IMG/VR virus record: IMGVR_UViG_3300045988_126190
Coordinates: 5,268 to 69,267 of that record
Length of the DNA: 64,000 nucleotides
Strand: one strand, 5' to 3'
From: a virus
Shown here: piece by piece, positions 26,892 through 35,224 of the stretch
How positions within the stretch are numbered: the first letter of the stretch is position 1
Layout: every line of letters begins with the position of its first letter
Notes under the pieces: generated by a model
Database searches by the model: none
What the model was told of the DNA's origin: nothing
What the model saw: the letters and a program-made list of their open reading frames with translations, nothing else
Made by a program: the position numbers and the translations under genes

Positions 26892-27917
26892 ATGTATATC
26901 CCAGAACCAAAGAAAAATAAAGACGGAACATGGAGCATTCAGCTCAGAATCAACAAGCAATCCATCATGGTAAACGCTGATTCCGCCAAGGAATGCAAGC
27001 GCCGCGCGGCTATCGTCAAGGCAGAGGCGCAGAACGCCGCTAAACCAATAAAAAAGAGCGAGCTGACACTCACTCAGGCAATCGACGAATACATCAATAC
27101 GCGCCAAAATTCGCTGTCTCCGTCCACAATACGCGGCTACCGCATCATTCAAAGGACACGCTTTCAGTCTACGATGCCGCGCAGAATTTCAACGATCCAG
27201 CAAAACGAATGGAGAAAAATCATTGACGAGGAGCTTGGCGTCGCCTCGAAAAAGACTGTGAAAAATTCTTGGGCGTTCGTAAAATCCGTACTCAAGGAAA
27301 ACGGCATCACGCCGGACGATAGCGTGAAGGTCGCGCCGCAGCGAAAGAAAAGCGATGCGGTTTGGCTGGAACCGGACGAAATCAAGAAGTTTGTTGCCGC
27401 CGCTGCCGATAATTCTCTGTGCATACCAATGTTGCTTGCGCTGATGGGAATGCGCTTATCTGAAATAAAAGCCCTTCGGTGGGAAAAGATCGACAGAGAT
27501 GCGGAGATCATCCGAACCAACGGTGCCGTGGTGCGAAATGAGGATGAGAAGTACGTATATAAAAGCGAACAGAAAAATATTTCGTCTGACCGCGCGGTCC
27601 CGCTGCTGATGCCGGAGCTTCGTGCGGCGATTCGGCGCGAGTGGAAGTCGGAAGGAGATGTTCTTACCGTTGCAGAAAGTACGCTCAGACGGACGGTCGC
27701 CAGAGTGTGCGAGAAGGCGGGCGTGAAACGAGTAACCATTCATCAGCTTCGCCATAGCTTCGCCTCCCTATCCGCGCATTTGCGAATTCCAAAGGAAATC
27801 TCCAGAGAGATCGGCGGATGGAGCAATGATAAAATCATGGACGAGATTTACACCCACATAGCGCAATCGGATATCGAGCGATACAAAAATGAGCTTTGGA
27901 AGTTCTACAATGAGTAA
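26892..27917 (+). CDS. int: tyrosine integrase
   Basis: RLSE...HQLRHSFASL...GGWSNDKIMDEIYTH catalytic motifs. Adjacent to the att site. Confidence 0.9.
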   Translation: MYIPEPKKNKDGTWSIQLRINKQSIMVNADSAKECKRRAAIVKAEAQNAAKPIKKSELTLTQAIDEYINTRQNSLSPSTIRGYRIIQRTRFQSTMPRRISTIQQNEWRKIIDEELGVASKKTVKNSWAFVKSVLKENGITPDDSVKVAPQRKKSDAVWLEPDEIKKFVAAAADNSLCIPMLLALMGMRLSEIKALRWEKIDRDAEIIRTNGAVVRNEDEKYVYKSEQKNISSDRAVPLLMPELRAAIRREWKSEGDVLTVAESTLRRTVARVCEKAGVKRVTIHQLRHSFASLSAHLRIPKEISREIGGWSNDKIMDEIYTHIAQSDIERYKNELWKFYNE

Positions 27918-27995
27918 AAAATTTTCTGCGCATAACGCGGAATTTTTCGTTGAGCAGCCCGTTTTTGTGAGCATAGCAACGATACAGAACACGCT

Positions 27996-28020
27996 CGATA
28001 GCATTCTCGATAGCATTATT
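27996..28020 (+). repeat. arm-type direct repeat (GATAGCATT x2), left of core
   Basis: CGATAGCATTCTCGATAGCATTATT, 22/25 identical to 28226-28250. Confidence 0.55.
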
Positions 28021-28115
28021 GATTTTGAATTTTGCTATTGACGCGTGAAATATGGAGTATCCGTTCCAAAAATGGAACAATCAGAAAGCCCGCAAACCAT
28101 TGGAAATAAAGGAAA

Positions 28116-28152
28116 AGCCTCGAAACACTGATGTTTCAAGGCTTTTCTTTTT
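28116..28152 (+). terminator. intrinsic terminator abutting att core
   Basis: AAGCCTCGAAACA/TGTTTCAAGGCTT stem followed by TTTTCTTTTT. Confidence 0.6.
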
Positions 28153-28179
28153 GGCGGAGAGGGCGGGATTCGAACCCGA
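28153..28179 (-). other. att core: 27-nt tRNA 3'-end fragment (T arm + acceptor + CCA, Ser-like)
   Basis: Reverse complement is CGGGTTCGAATCCCGCCCTCTCCGCCA. No matching 5' acceptor strand or D/anticodon arms lie beyond 28180. Confidence 0.7.
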
Positions 28180-28225
28180 AAGATATTAGCTTAAAACGCT
28201 GTGTTTTCAATGGTTTCAAAATTAC

Positions 28226-28250
28226 GATAGCATTTTTGATAGCATTATTT
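28226..28250 (+). repeat. arm-type direct repeat, right of core
   Basis: CGATAGCATTTTTGATAGCATTATT. The inverted repeat AAACCATTGRAAA (28094-28107 / 28207-28220) also brackets the core. Confidence 0.55.
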
Positions 28251-28844
28251 CCCAGCGGTTGAAGCTTGGTATGCTGAATTCGTTTTTGTGAGCATAGCGC
28301 CAATGTCGTGTTTCATATTATTATTACGGTTTGTTATATGGAATGCAATTATTTTATCAAAAATTTTTTCTTTATTCTTTGCGAGTCGGAATCGTTTTTG
28401 TGCGCATAGGCGCGGGTTCGCGATTCTTCGCGGAGTTGAGGCCGTTTTTATGAGCATAGCGGCAGAAATCTGATGGAAGCATTTTCGTTTCTCTGAGTAT
28501 AGCGGCAAAAAAACTCGGCACGGCATTTTTGTTTTTCTGAGCATAGTCCGGGCTTGAAAATAATTACACAAGCATCGGGGAAAATATCGGGTGCTTCGCG
28601 CAAAGCTCGAAAAAGCTCCGACCGGGAAATCCGTTTTTCTGAGCATAGCAACGGATATTCCCGGCCGGAAAGCTCGTTTTTGTGAGCATATCGGGCAGCG
28701 GACGACGGTTTTCTGCGGACGGGCATCACGCAGCCGCGCCCGGAGGCACCTTCAAAATAGACAGCGGCAAGCAGTTTTTCATAGCTGATCATTTTTTCAA
28801 ATCCTCCATATTTTGAGAGAGGCGCAGCCGAAGCCGCGCCAATT

Positions 28845-29201
28845 TTACGCGATAGAATAGTAATACTCACGCATGGCCGGCAGTTTTTCCGGGATGCTCC
28901 GACGATCCCGGACATACTCCAAAAGCGCCGAGGTCGGCAGCGCGTCAAGAATTTTTTCATACTGCGCCGCATCCGGCAGCAGCTCGAAGCGCCGCGAAAA
29001 CTCCGCTTTATTTCGGCTTGCGGCCGCGCTGATCCGCTCCATATCGGCGGCGGGGATATAATCCGCAGAAACATACAAGCGAATATTTCCCGCCGGGGAT
29101 ATGTGCGCAACGCGTTTATAGTCGCCGTGCTCCGAAACGGCTTTATTGCATACCGTGATACCATTTCCAAGGCATCCGAGAAATAAATCAAAATTTTTCA
29201 T
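28845..29201 (-). CDS. hypothetical protein
   Basis: 118-aa ORF. Last clear gene of the RHH-led operon. Confidence 0.6.
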   Translation of the reverse strand: MKNFDLFLGCLGNGITVCNKAVSEHGDYKRVAHISPAGNIRLYVSADYIPAADMERISAAASRNKAEFSRRFELLPDAAQYEKILDALPTSALLEYVRDRRSIPEKLPAMREYYYSIA

Positions 29202-29221
29202 GTGTCAAGACCTCCGGCGCT

Positions 29222-29446
29222 TCAAGCGCTGAATTTATTATTTCCGTCGCGTTCGTGGCAGCGGTTCCAGAGCTGCGCCAATTCATACGCGGCTTTTTTT
29301 GTGGGCGCGATGCTGGCGAACATCAGGCAACCGGGGACGCCGGAAAGAAATTCGGCGATGTTGGTTGATTCGCTGACCTTGAGGACATACGCAACATATT
29401 TTCCGAAACTGTCTTTTACATCAACGGCAATATAAAAATTTTTCAT
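29222..29446 (-). CDS. hypothetical protein
   Basis: Internal ATG with a GGAGGGAG RBS. Confidence 0.55.
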   Translation of the reverse strand: MKNFYIAVDVKDSFGKYVAYVLKVSESTNIAEFLSGVPGCLMFASIAPTKKAAYELAQLWNRCHERDGNNKFSA

Positions 29447-29522
29447 ATATAGCTCCCTCCATAGGTCCGGCGCGGACGCGATCCGCGCCGGGTATATCTG
29501 TTTTTGTGTGTATTGTGGCAGT

Positions 29523-29924
29523 TCATGCAATCGCGCCGCAGCGCATCAGCTCCCGCGTTTTTTCGTCGGCTTCGTGGTACCGCATCCACCAGTCATCAAG
29601 CGCGGCGTTTTCTGCGTCAAAAAGCGCGGTAAATTCTGCGCGGGACTCAAAATCCATAATATCAAAATGACCGAACAAATCATAATTTGCAGGAGATACG
29701 CAGCGGGATTCGTTGATATCTGCACCGCGCAGCCGGGAAAATACAGCCGAGATAAAATCCCGATCAAGCGCGTTTTCGTAGTAAATGCGCCAGACATTGA
29801 ACCCGTAGCGATAACGGACGCGCTGAAGCTGCAAGCCGTTTTTCTTTGCAAGGGAAATAACTTTTTTATCGAACGCGGAAAGCTCAGAGGCGTTCACGCG
29901 GTTTTTCTGTGTATTGGTTTTCAT
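29523..29924 (-). CDS. hypothetical protein
   Basis: 133-aa ORF. Confidence 0.6.
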   Translation of the reverse strand: MKTNTQKNRVNASELSAFDKKVISLAKKNGLQLQRVRYRYGFNVWRIYYENALDRDFISAVFSRLRGADINESRCVSPANYDLFGHFDIMDFESRAEFTALFDAENAALDDWWMRYHEADEKTRELMRCGAIA

Positions 29925-29942
29925 TTCTGCATACCTCCCAAA

Positions 29943-30740
29943 TTAAAGCGCTTCGCGGGTTCTGAAGTATTCCGCACAGGCGGCCGTATAAGCGGACCGT
30001 TGCAGCTCGCTGAAATGCGCGGCGGCAAACAGCTTTTCGCGGTTTTCGTAGTCCTTCACGCTGTCCACATTCGCAAAGCAGGAAATAACATCATAGTCGG
30101 CTTGCCAGTTGATGCCGTATTCGTGATTATCCATTTCATAAAGGAAGGCGGATTTCCAATAGTCGAAGTTGTCCGCGTTGGCGTTGGCGGCGGCTTCGAT
30201 TCCCTGCCGAAGCTGTGCGCATTTCTTCACAAAATCGCGATCAGTATAATATGCGAAACAGACAGGACTTAGAACCATGGTTTTAATTTTCTGAGTATAT
30301 GCGGCCTCCTCTGCGTCATTGTGGAAGATCTGGAAGCAGGAAACACGCTTGCGCCGCATTCCGTAATAGTTTTGCAGATAGTAGCGGCGGCGGTCAATCT
30401 CGTCCGGGTCTGACGTCGGCGCTACAAGCTCGGCCTCCGTGAATAAAATGCGGTTAAGTTTCGCAACATACAGCGCGCGCAGCTCTTCGCGGCCCTTGCC
30501 TTTGTGGTGCAATTCATAATCATTCGCATAGTAAATATGCTGACCGTCTGCGAAAACGAGAGCGGAAAAACCGAAGTAGCCACCGAAGTCGATAAAATAG
30601 ACCTGATGCCCCTTGATTTCTTCCATTTCTTCCGCAAACGCTGCCGCGCCGGACTCCGTCAGCGCTTCAATATCGCGGATGTCGTATTCACTGAAATTTT
30701 TGCCGTTGTAATACTTGATTTCCTTCTGAATCTGTGCCAT
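29943..30740 (-). CDS. hypothetical protein (265 aa)
   Basis: Long ORF with an RBS. No motif recognised. Confidence 0.65.
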   Translation of the reverse strand: MAQIQKEIKYYNGKNFSEYDIRDIEALTESGAAAFAEEMEEIKGHQVYFIDFGGYFGFSALVFADGQHIYYANDYELHHKGKGREELRALYVAKLNRILFTEAELVAPTSDPDEIDRRRYYLQNYYGMRRKRVSCFQIFHNDAEEAAYTQKIKTMVLSPVCFAYYTDRDFVKKCAQLRQGIEAAANANADNFDYWKSAFLYEMDNHEYGINWQADYDVISCFANVDSVKDYENREKLFAAAHFSELQRSAYTAACAEYFRTREAL

Positions 30741-30838
30741 AATAATAATACCTCCATAATAATATTGATTTTCAATGTTGTTGTGAGTTGGGGCACGATG
30801 CGCGGCCTATCTTGCCGGACTGTCCGCGCATCGTGTTT

Positions 30839-31021
30839 TTATTTGTTGTTGTTGTCCTGAATTAACCTTTTAATTGCGCCGGTTGCAGATAGGCCGGAAG
30901 CCTTCAGCGCTTCGATTTTTGCGATCAGCTCGGCATCTTCGATCTTTCGCAGCTTTAACATATATTGCGAGTAGGTTTTTGTTTCGTATCGCCGTTTTGC
31001 TTCGTTGCTAACTTTTCCCAT
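30839..31021 (-). CDS. ribbon-helix-helix protein
   Basis: MGKVSNEAKRRYETKTYSQYMLKLRK... AGGGGTGA RBS. Confidence 0.55.
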   Translation of the reverse strand: MGKVSNEAKRRYETKTYSQYMLKLRKIEDAELIAKIEALKASGLSATGAIKRLIQDNNNK

Positions 31022-31032
31022 GAAATCACCCC

Positions 31033-31060
31033 TTGACATTCTGTTTTGATGTGGTATAAT
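31033..31060 (+). promoter_or_regulatory. promoter of antisense sRNA
   Basis: TTGACA-16-TGgTATAAT (extended -10). Confidence 0.55.
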
Positions 31061-31066
31061 ATTCCC

Positions 31067-31175
31067 GAAGGGTAAGCAAGGGGCGGCGACCGCTGCAACG
31101 GTCACGGCCCACCCCCCATTAAGTAGGAATTTGTGGAAGTGGCCGCGCCTTTGCTAGGGTGCGGTTATTTCTTTG
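31067..31175 (+). ncRNA. candidate type I antitoxin sRNA
   Basis: Carries CACCCCCCATTAAGTAG, complementary (16/17) to the toxin RBS region. Ends in hairpin CCGCGCC/GGTGCGG plus a T-run and overlaps the toxin 3' end. Confidence 0.45.
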
Positions 31176-31245
31176 CTATTGCGATAACTCCGAAGATAAC
31201 AACGGATAACAGATTCAAAAGCGCAATGACTTCTAATACTGTCAT
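31165..31245 (-). CDS. 26-aa hydrophobic Hol-Tox-like type I toxin
   Basis: Own translation: MTVLEVIALLNLLSVVIFGVIAIAKK. GGGGGGTGA RBS. Confidence 0.6.
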   Translation of the reverse strand: MTVLEVIALLNLLSVVIFGVIAIAKK

Positions 31246-31308
31246 ATTGTCACCCCCCGTTAAGTAGTCGGCGGGATGAGCTTTTCCGTTCCCCTTGCTT
31301 ACATTAAC

Positions 31309-31337
31309 ATTGTACCATACAATAACGTATTTGTCAA
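31309..31337 (-). promoter_or_regulatory. toxin promoter
   Basis: Minus-strand TTGACA-17-TACAAT. Confidence 0.5.
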
Positions 31338-32655
31338 TAACTTTTTGCTGGTTTTTCAATATTTTTTCAATTATTTTTGCAGCTGCCGAGATGCAGCGAA
31401 AGAGGGCACGCCGAGGAGATTTTCCCCGGCCTTTTTCTTTTCCCAGATGCAGAAGGCGCAAGCGCGGCCACGGTGCAAGGAATCAGGACGCGCAGACGGT
31501 GCAGGGCTTCCAGCGATACGGACGGCAAAAAAGCACCGGCGCCCCGGCTGGATGGATGAAAACCGCCGAGCCGCCCGGCTTCCTGTGTTCTCCGTCCCTT
31601 GCGTGCGCGCGTGTATATTGTAGCCTGCGCCCGTTTATATAAATAATATACAGTGCGCGCGCGTAAATGCTACCCCCGCCCCCGCGCCCCTCATGCAAAC
31701 AACGCCCCCGCCCCCGCGCCATTATACCCGCGTCCGCGCGTCCCGCGTTGCGCGTTCTCTGCAATGCAGGCAATTATATAATAATACTGTAAATCAAACT
31801 ATAGTTAATTGCAACTAACTCAATGGGGATATACAGGGGCGGGAGGTGTTTTTTGCAGTAACTAAGAAACTGCAACAAAGGACAAAAAAAGAGCAAAGAG
31901 CCGCCGCGAAGCTGTACCGGAGCGCGTCCGACCGTTCCCGGCTTCATGTTCGTCAATTTGCATAACGGCAGAAGCACCGCGCCCGGTTTCGGCTCTGCTG
32001 GCGTTGTGATTATTAACTATAATCGAAACATCAGCGGCACTAGCGGCCATTTCCCCGGCTGATTCCGAACGGCCGGGGGTGGGTTTACAGTTGGAAAGCG
32101 GATTTTTCTGCTACCAAAGGCAATAGCTCTTCCCCCCACCCCCTTGTTCCCAAACTGGGCTTAGACCACGGGAATAGATGCGGCAAAGAGCGGAGCCATC
32201 CCCTGTTCCCAAATCCAGCAACCAATGCAAACGCATCGCGGCGAATTATAAGCACCAACTTGTTCTCCTGACTGTGAGGGAAAGCCACAGAAAGTGCGGG
32301 AAGCATTTTCTTCCGTTGCGCTGTGATTTCGTGAAAGATTCAGAGGGATTTTTGCGAAAAGTATACACTTTTTTCATATCGAGGGAAAAAGGACCGTCCT
32401 AGGCTGGCTGAGCTGGCTTAGGGCGGTTTTGTTGTTTTGCGTTAAATTGGCGGTGGTGTGGTGAATCGGATGTGGGGCTGAGGTGGATTGTTTACGGGGC
32501 GTACGCGCTTATCGGGTGACGGGCGGGTAGTTTCAGCCATTGGGAGCCAAAAATCGATTCTGCGCGAAAATAACGGCATGTGCAGGTGGAAAATAATTAC
32601 ACGGGTAGGTGTGATATGCTGGAAATAGAAACGAGCGGAGAGGCGGTGAAGGTGG

Positions 32656-33327
32656 ATGGTGATATGCGACCACGACTGTGAGCGGTGCAAATATCCGGAT
32701 TGTTTGTGTGATGAGCTGACGGCGGAGGAGATTCGTCGGTCGGACGAGCTGGACAATGCGATTTTGCGGTCACGGGGAGAATTTGGGCGTGGCGGTCGGC
32801 ATCCGCAGCCGAGGGTAGAGCAAGAGAGCGGGGCCACGGTAAGGCAGTGGCGGGAGCGTAACGGCTTGTCTTTAGAGTCGGCGGCCTTTGTGATAGGGGT
32901 CGGCGCGTGGACAATGCGGTATATCGAGAGCGGCGGGCCGGTTCCCGAGGAGGAGTGGAAGAAGGTCGCGCGGTATGTGGATGAGCATTGTGAGGTAGAC
33001 GCGGAGGAGGCTTATACGCCGCAGGTGTTGGCGCGGCAGCTCATGGCCTCGCGGGCATCTTCTCCGTTCCGGGTAGCTCTGCGGTCGGTGTTTCTTTCCT
33101 GCTGGGACGACCTGTGCGCGGCGTGCGGAAAGAGCGGCGCAGAGTGTCAGGGCTGTAAATGGCAAAGAGAGGAGGGAGAAAAGGGTGCCGAAGTATCTGC
33201 TCGACAGAGCGATGAAGGGGACGGCAAATTTCGAGGTCAAGGTGCCGACCAATGGCGGGATATGGTCTGTGCCGGAGTACAAGGTGTACGGAAGGATCGC
33301 GCTTGGAGAGACCGTGACGGTGTATGA
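32656..33327 (+). CDS. Cys-rich HTH protein (3' end doubtful)
   Basis: VRQWRERNGLSLESAAFVIGVGAWTMRYIESG. The last 143 nt overlap the next, more protein-like ORF. Confidence 0.5.
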   Translation: MVICDHDCERCKYPDCLCDELTAEEIRRSDELDNAILRSRGEFGRGGRHPQPRVEQESGATVRQWRERNGLSLESAAFVIGVGAWTMRYIESGGPVPEEEWKKVARYVDEHCEVDAEEAYTPQVLARQLMASRASSPFRVALRSVFLSCWDDLCAACGKSGAECQGCKWQREEGEKGAEVSARQSDEGDGKFRGQGADQWRDMVCAGVQGVRKDRAWRDRDGV

Positions 33328-33454
33328 CGGCTCTGAGATGCACCGGGGCGAGGTCGTTTACATTCATCCGCAGGGGCGATTTTTTCAAATACAGGCAAAT
33401 GGGGAAACGTGGCGGACGTCGTTCGCGTTCCCGACAACGAAAGGAGAAGATTAA
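33185..33454 (+). CDS. hypothetical protein
   Basis: GTG start after GAGGAGGGAG. Confidence 0.55.
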   Translation: MPKYLLDRAMKGTANFEVKVPTNGGIWSVPEYKVYGRIALGETVTVYDGSEMHRGEVVYIHPQGRFFQIQANGETWRTSFAFPTTKGED

Positions 33455-33457
33455 AGC

Positions 33458-33802
33458 ATGGCAAGAAAGACGAAAGAGCAGCAGATTAACGAGCTGAAGG
33501 AGCAGGTAGCGCGTTTGGAGGAGTTGTTGCGGAAGCATTGCGCCTTGTTCGACGAGTTTAAGGGCCGGGTATTGCGCGGGGAGTTCCGAAGCCGGTGGCT
33601 TCCCGTGACGGAATTCATCCCGGATGAGGGCGAGTTCCTCTTTGCGCGGCTGGATGACGGCACGTTCATTGTTGCGAAGTACGCAGACGGAAAATTCGAC
33701 CTCGGCGGGGACGAGACGACCGCTTCTGTCACCCATTGGTTCTATGCGCCGTTCTTTGCGGAGCAGACAGAGGAAGCTGAAAGCGAGGAGGAATCAACAT
33801 GA
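33458..33802 (+). CDS. hypothetical protein (coiled coil + DUF551-like C-terminus)
   Basis: 114-aa ORF. Confidence 0.6.
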   Translation: MARKTKEQQINELKEQVARLEELLRKHCALFDEFKGRVLRGEFRSRWLPVTEFIPDEGEFLFARLDDGTFIVAKYADGKFDLGGDETTASVTHWFYAPFFAEQTEEAESEEEST

Positions 33803-34290
33803 CAAAAGATGAGATTGTTAAGGCACTGAGAGTATGCGGAGAAAGTAGGTTTTGCGAGGAGTGCCCCAGCTATGAGCTGAAAGACACGATGGGCGTTTAC
33901 CCTTGCGCCGACTTGCTGATGATGAAAGCTGCCGTCCTGATCGAGCAGCAGGAGGCAAGAATTACAGGGCTGGAAGCGAAGGTGCCGAGGTGGATTCCGG
34001 TGACGGAGCGGCTACCGATGAAGGGTGAAGATGGGCGCCGCGACAGCGATTGGGTACACTGCATTGTGTCTGTCATATGGACATATGGCAGCAATTTTGC
34101 CGATGCTGAAACGCACGTCTTTTCGGCTCCTGCTCTGTTCGATGTAGACCAAAAAATCTGGCACGTGGGGTCAACGGACGAGTCTCGCTTCAGCGTTAAT
34201 GCGCTGATTCCGCGGGAGATTTCTGATGGCAGCTACTTCGTCACCCATTGGATGCCGTATCCGAAACCGCCGCAGGAGGGCCGCAAATGA
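33799..34290 (+). CDS. DUF551-like protein
   Basis: MTKDEIVKALR...EAKVPRWIPV..ERLP...HWMPYPKPP. Paralog of 12100-12474. Confidence 0.6.
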   Translation: MTKDEIVKALRVCGESRFCEECPSYELKDTMGVYPCADLLMMKAAVLIEQQEARITGLEAKVPRWIPVTERLPMKGEDGRRDSDWVHCIVSVIWTYGSNFADAETHVFSAPALFDVDQKIWHVGSTDESRFSVNALIPREISDGSYFVTHWMPYPKPPQEGRK

Positions 34291-34634
34291 GCTATGATTT
34301 GAGAATTGCCGTGAAGGTTCAGGGCTGCGACCGGTTCGCGATCATTGCGACACCGGAGTATGACCAGCCTACCTACAACCTCGGCGAGATGTTCCGAGCG
34401 TGTACCGGTTGGGATTACAACCAAGGCGAGTATTACAACTGCGCCGAGGTGATTGGGAAAATCGAGCAAGGAATCCACGAGCTTTCTGTAAACCGCCAGA
34501 AATACAAGCCGATGGAGCCGAGTAACGGCTGGGGCAGCATCGCAAGCGCGAAGCGGGCGCTGGAAAGCCTGCGCGACTGCATCTATGAGCAGGCAGAGGA
34601 TATTCCCATCGAGTGCCTGTGGGTCGCATGGTAG
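34287..34634 (+). CDS. hypothetical protein
   Basis: ATGA overlap start. Confidence 0.6.
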   Translation: MSYDLRIAVKVQGCDRFAIIATPEYDQPTYNLGEMFRACTGWDYNQGEYYNCAEVIGKIEQGIHELSVNRQKYKPMEPSNGWGSIASAKRALESLRDCIYEQAEDIPIECLWVAW

Positions 34635-34646
34635 GAGGTGGACGAA

Positions 34647-34847
34647 ATGACAGAGGCGTTTAAGCAGGGCAGAGAGCTGACGGCAGAGCAGGTGCTCGCC
34701 GCGATTTATAACTGCAAACTCGACCATTGCCGCCAGTGCAAGTATTTGCTGCACGGGGAGGCTTGCATGGACGAGCTGCTGGACGATGCGGCGGGCGTGA
34801 TTGTGCGGCTCAATGCGGCGCTGGAAGCGAAGGAGGGGAAAGCATAA
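34647..34847 (+). CDS. hypothetical protein
   Basis: TAGGAGGTG RBS. Confidence 0.55.
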   Translation: MTEAFKQGRELTAEQVLAAIYNCKLDHCRQCKYLLHGEACMDELLDDAAGVIVRLNAALEAKEGKA

Positions 34848-35191
34848 TGGCAAAGGGAAACTATCAGCAGCGGCTCAAGGAAGAGCGGCAGGGATTTCTC
34901 GACGTTGGGATTGACTTTGGGACGCAGCGGACGGCGGATTATCTTTCCATCGTTCTGAACGACCCGGAGATCATGGGAAAATCGGCGATGGGTGCCAGCC
35001 GTCTCCGCAAGGTGTTCGACGCGGTACATGAGCTGGAAAAGACCTTCAATGCGGCGTTTTACGCCAATCCGGAGCAGGACTACTGGCAGGAGGTGCTTGA
35101 CCGCCGCCTTGCGGAAATCTTCGGGAAGGACAACCTGTGCCCGTTCAAGGAGCGCTATCCGTTTTTGAAGGAGGTCCGCTATGGCAAGTAG
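34847..35191 (+). CDS. hypothetical protein
   Basis: TAATG overlap start. Confidence 0.6.
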   Translation: MAKGNYQQRLKEERQGFLDVGIDFGTQRTADYLSIVLNDPEIMGKSAMGASRLRKVFDAVHELEKTFNAAFYANPEQDYWQEVLDRRLAEIFGKDNLCPFKERYPFLKEVRYGK

Positions 35192-35224
35192 CATCGTGCA
35201 TCAAAAGAAACGAGTGGATAAGCT

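Larger units (their letters stand above)
27922..28720 (+). repeat. array of at least 10 direct 17-bp iterons (consensus GTTTTTGTGAGCATAGC)
   Basis: Best copies have GAGCATAGC at 27969, 28290, 28402, 28452, 28495, 28539, 28641 and 28684. Several spacings are 43-44 bp. Confidence 0.6.

Noticed and set aside
28153-28245. Complete tRNA gene on the minus strand
   Set aside because: Only the T arm, 3' acceptor strand and CCA are present. The first T-stem pair already mismatches at 28180, and no GGAGAGG 5' acceptor strand or D/anticodon arms follow.
27922-28720. CRISPR array
   Set aside because: Repeats are only about 17 nt, degenerate and irregularly spaced (43-321 bp). There are no cas genes and no leader-like organisation.
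28245-29191. Track ORFs 28245..28646 and 28448..29191 (minus strand) running through the iteron region, including one with a GGAGG-ATG at 28790
   Set aside because: The 17-bp motif is read in different frames at successive copies (spacing 43 nt), so conservation is not at protein level. The products are low-complexity and Arg/Cys-rich.
31483-32914. ORFs in the 1.2-kb gap (e.g. 31483..31773, 32442..32837, 32597..32914)
   Set aside because: They are Pro/Arg/Ser-rich, lack RBSs, and overlap each other in several frames. The region is treated as non-coding.
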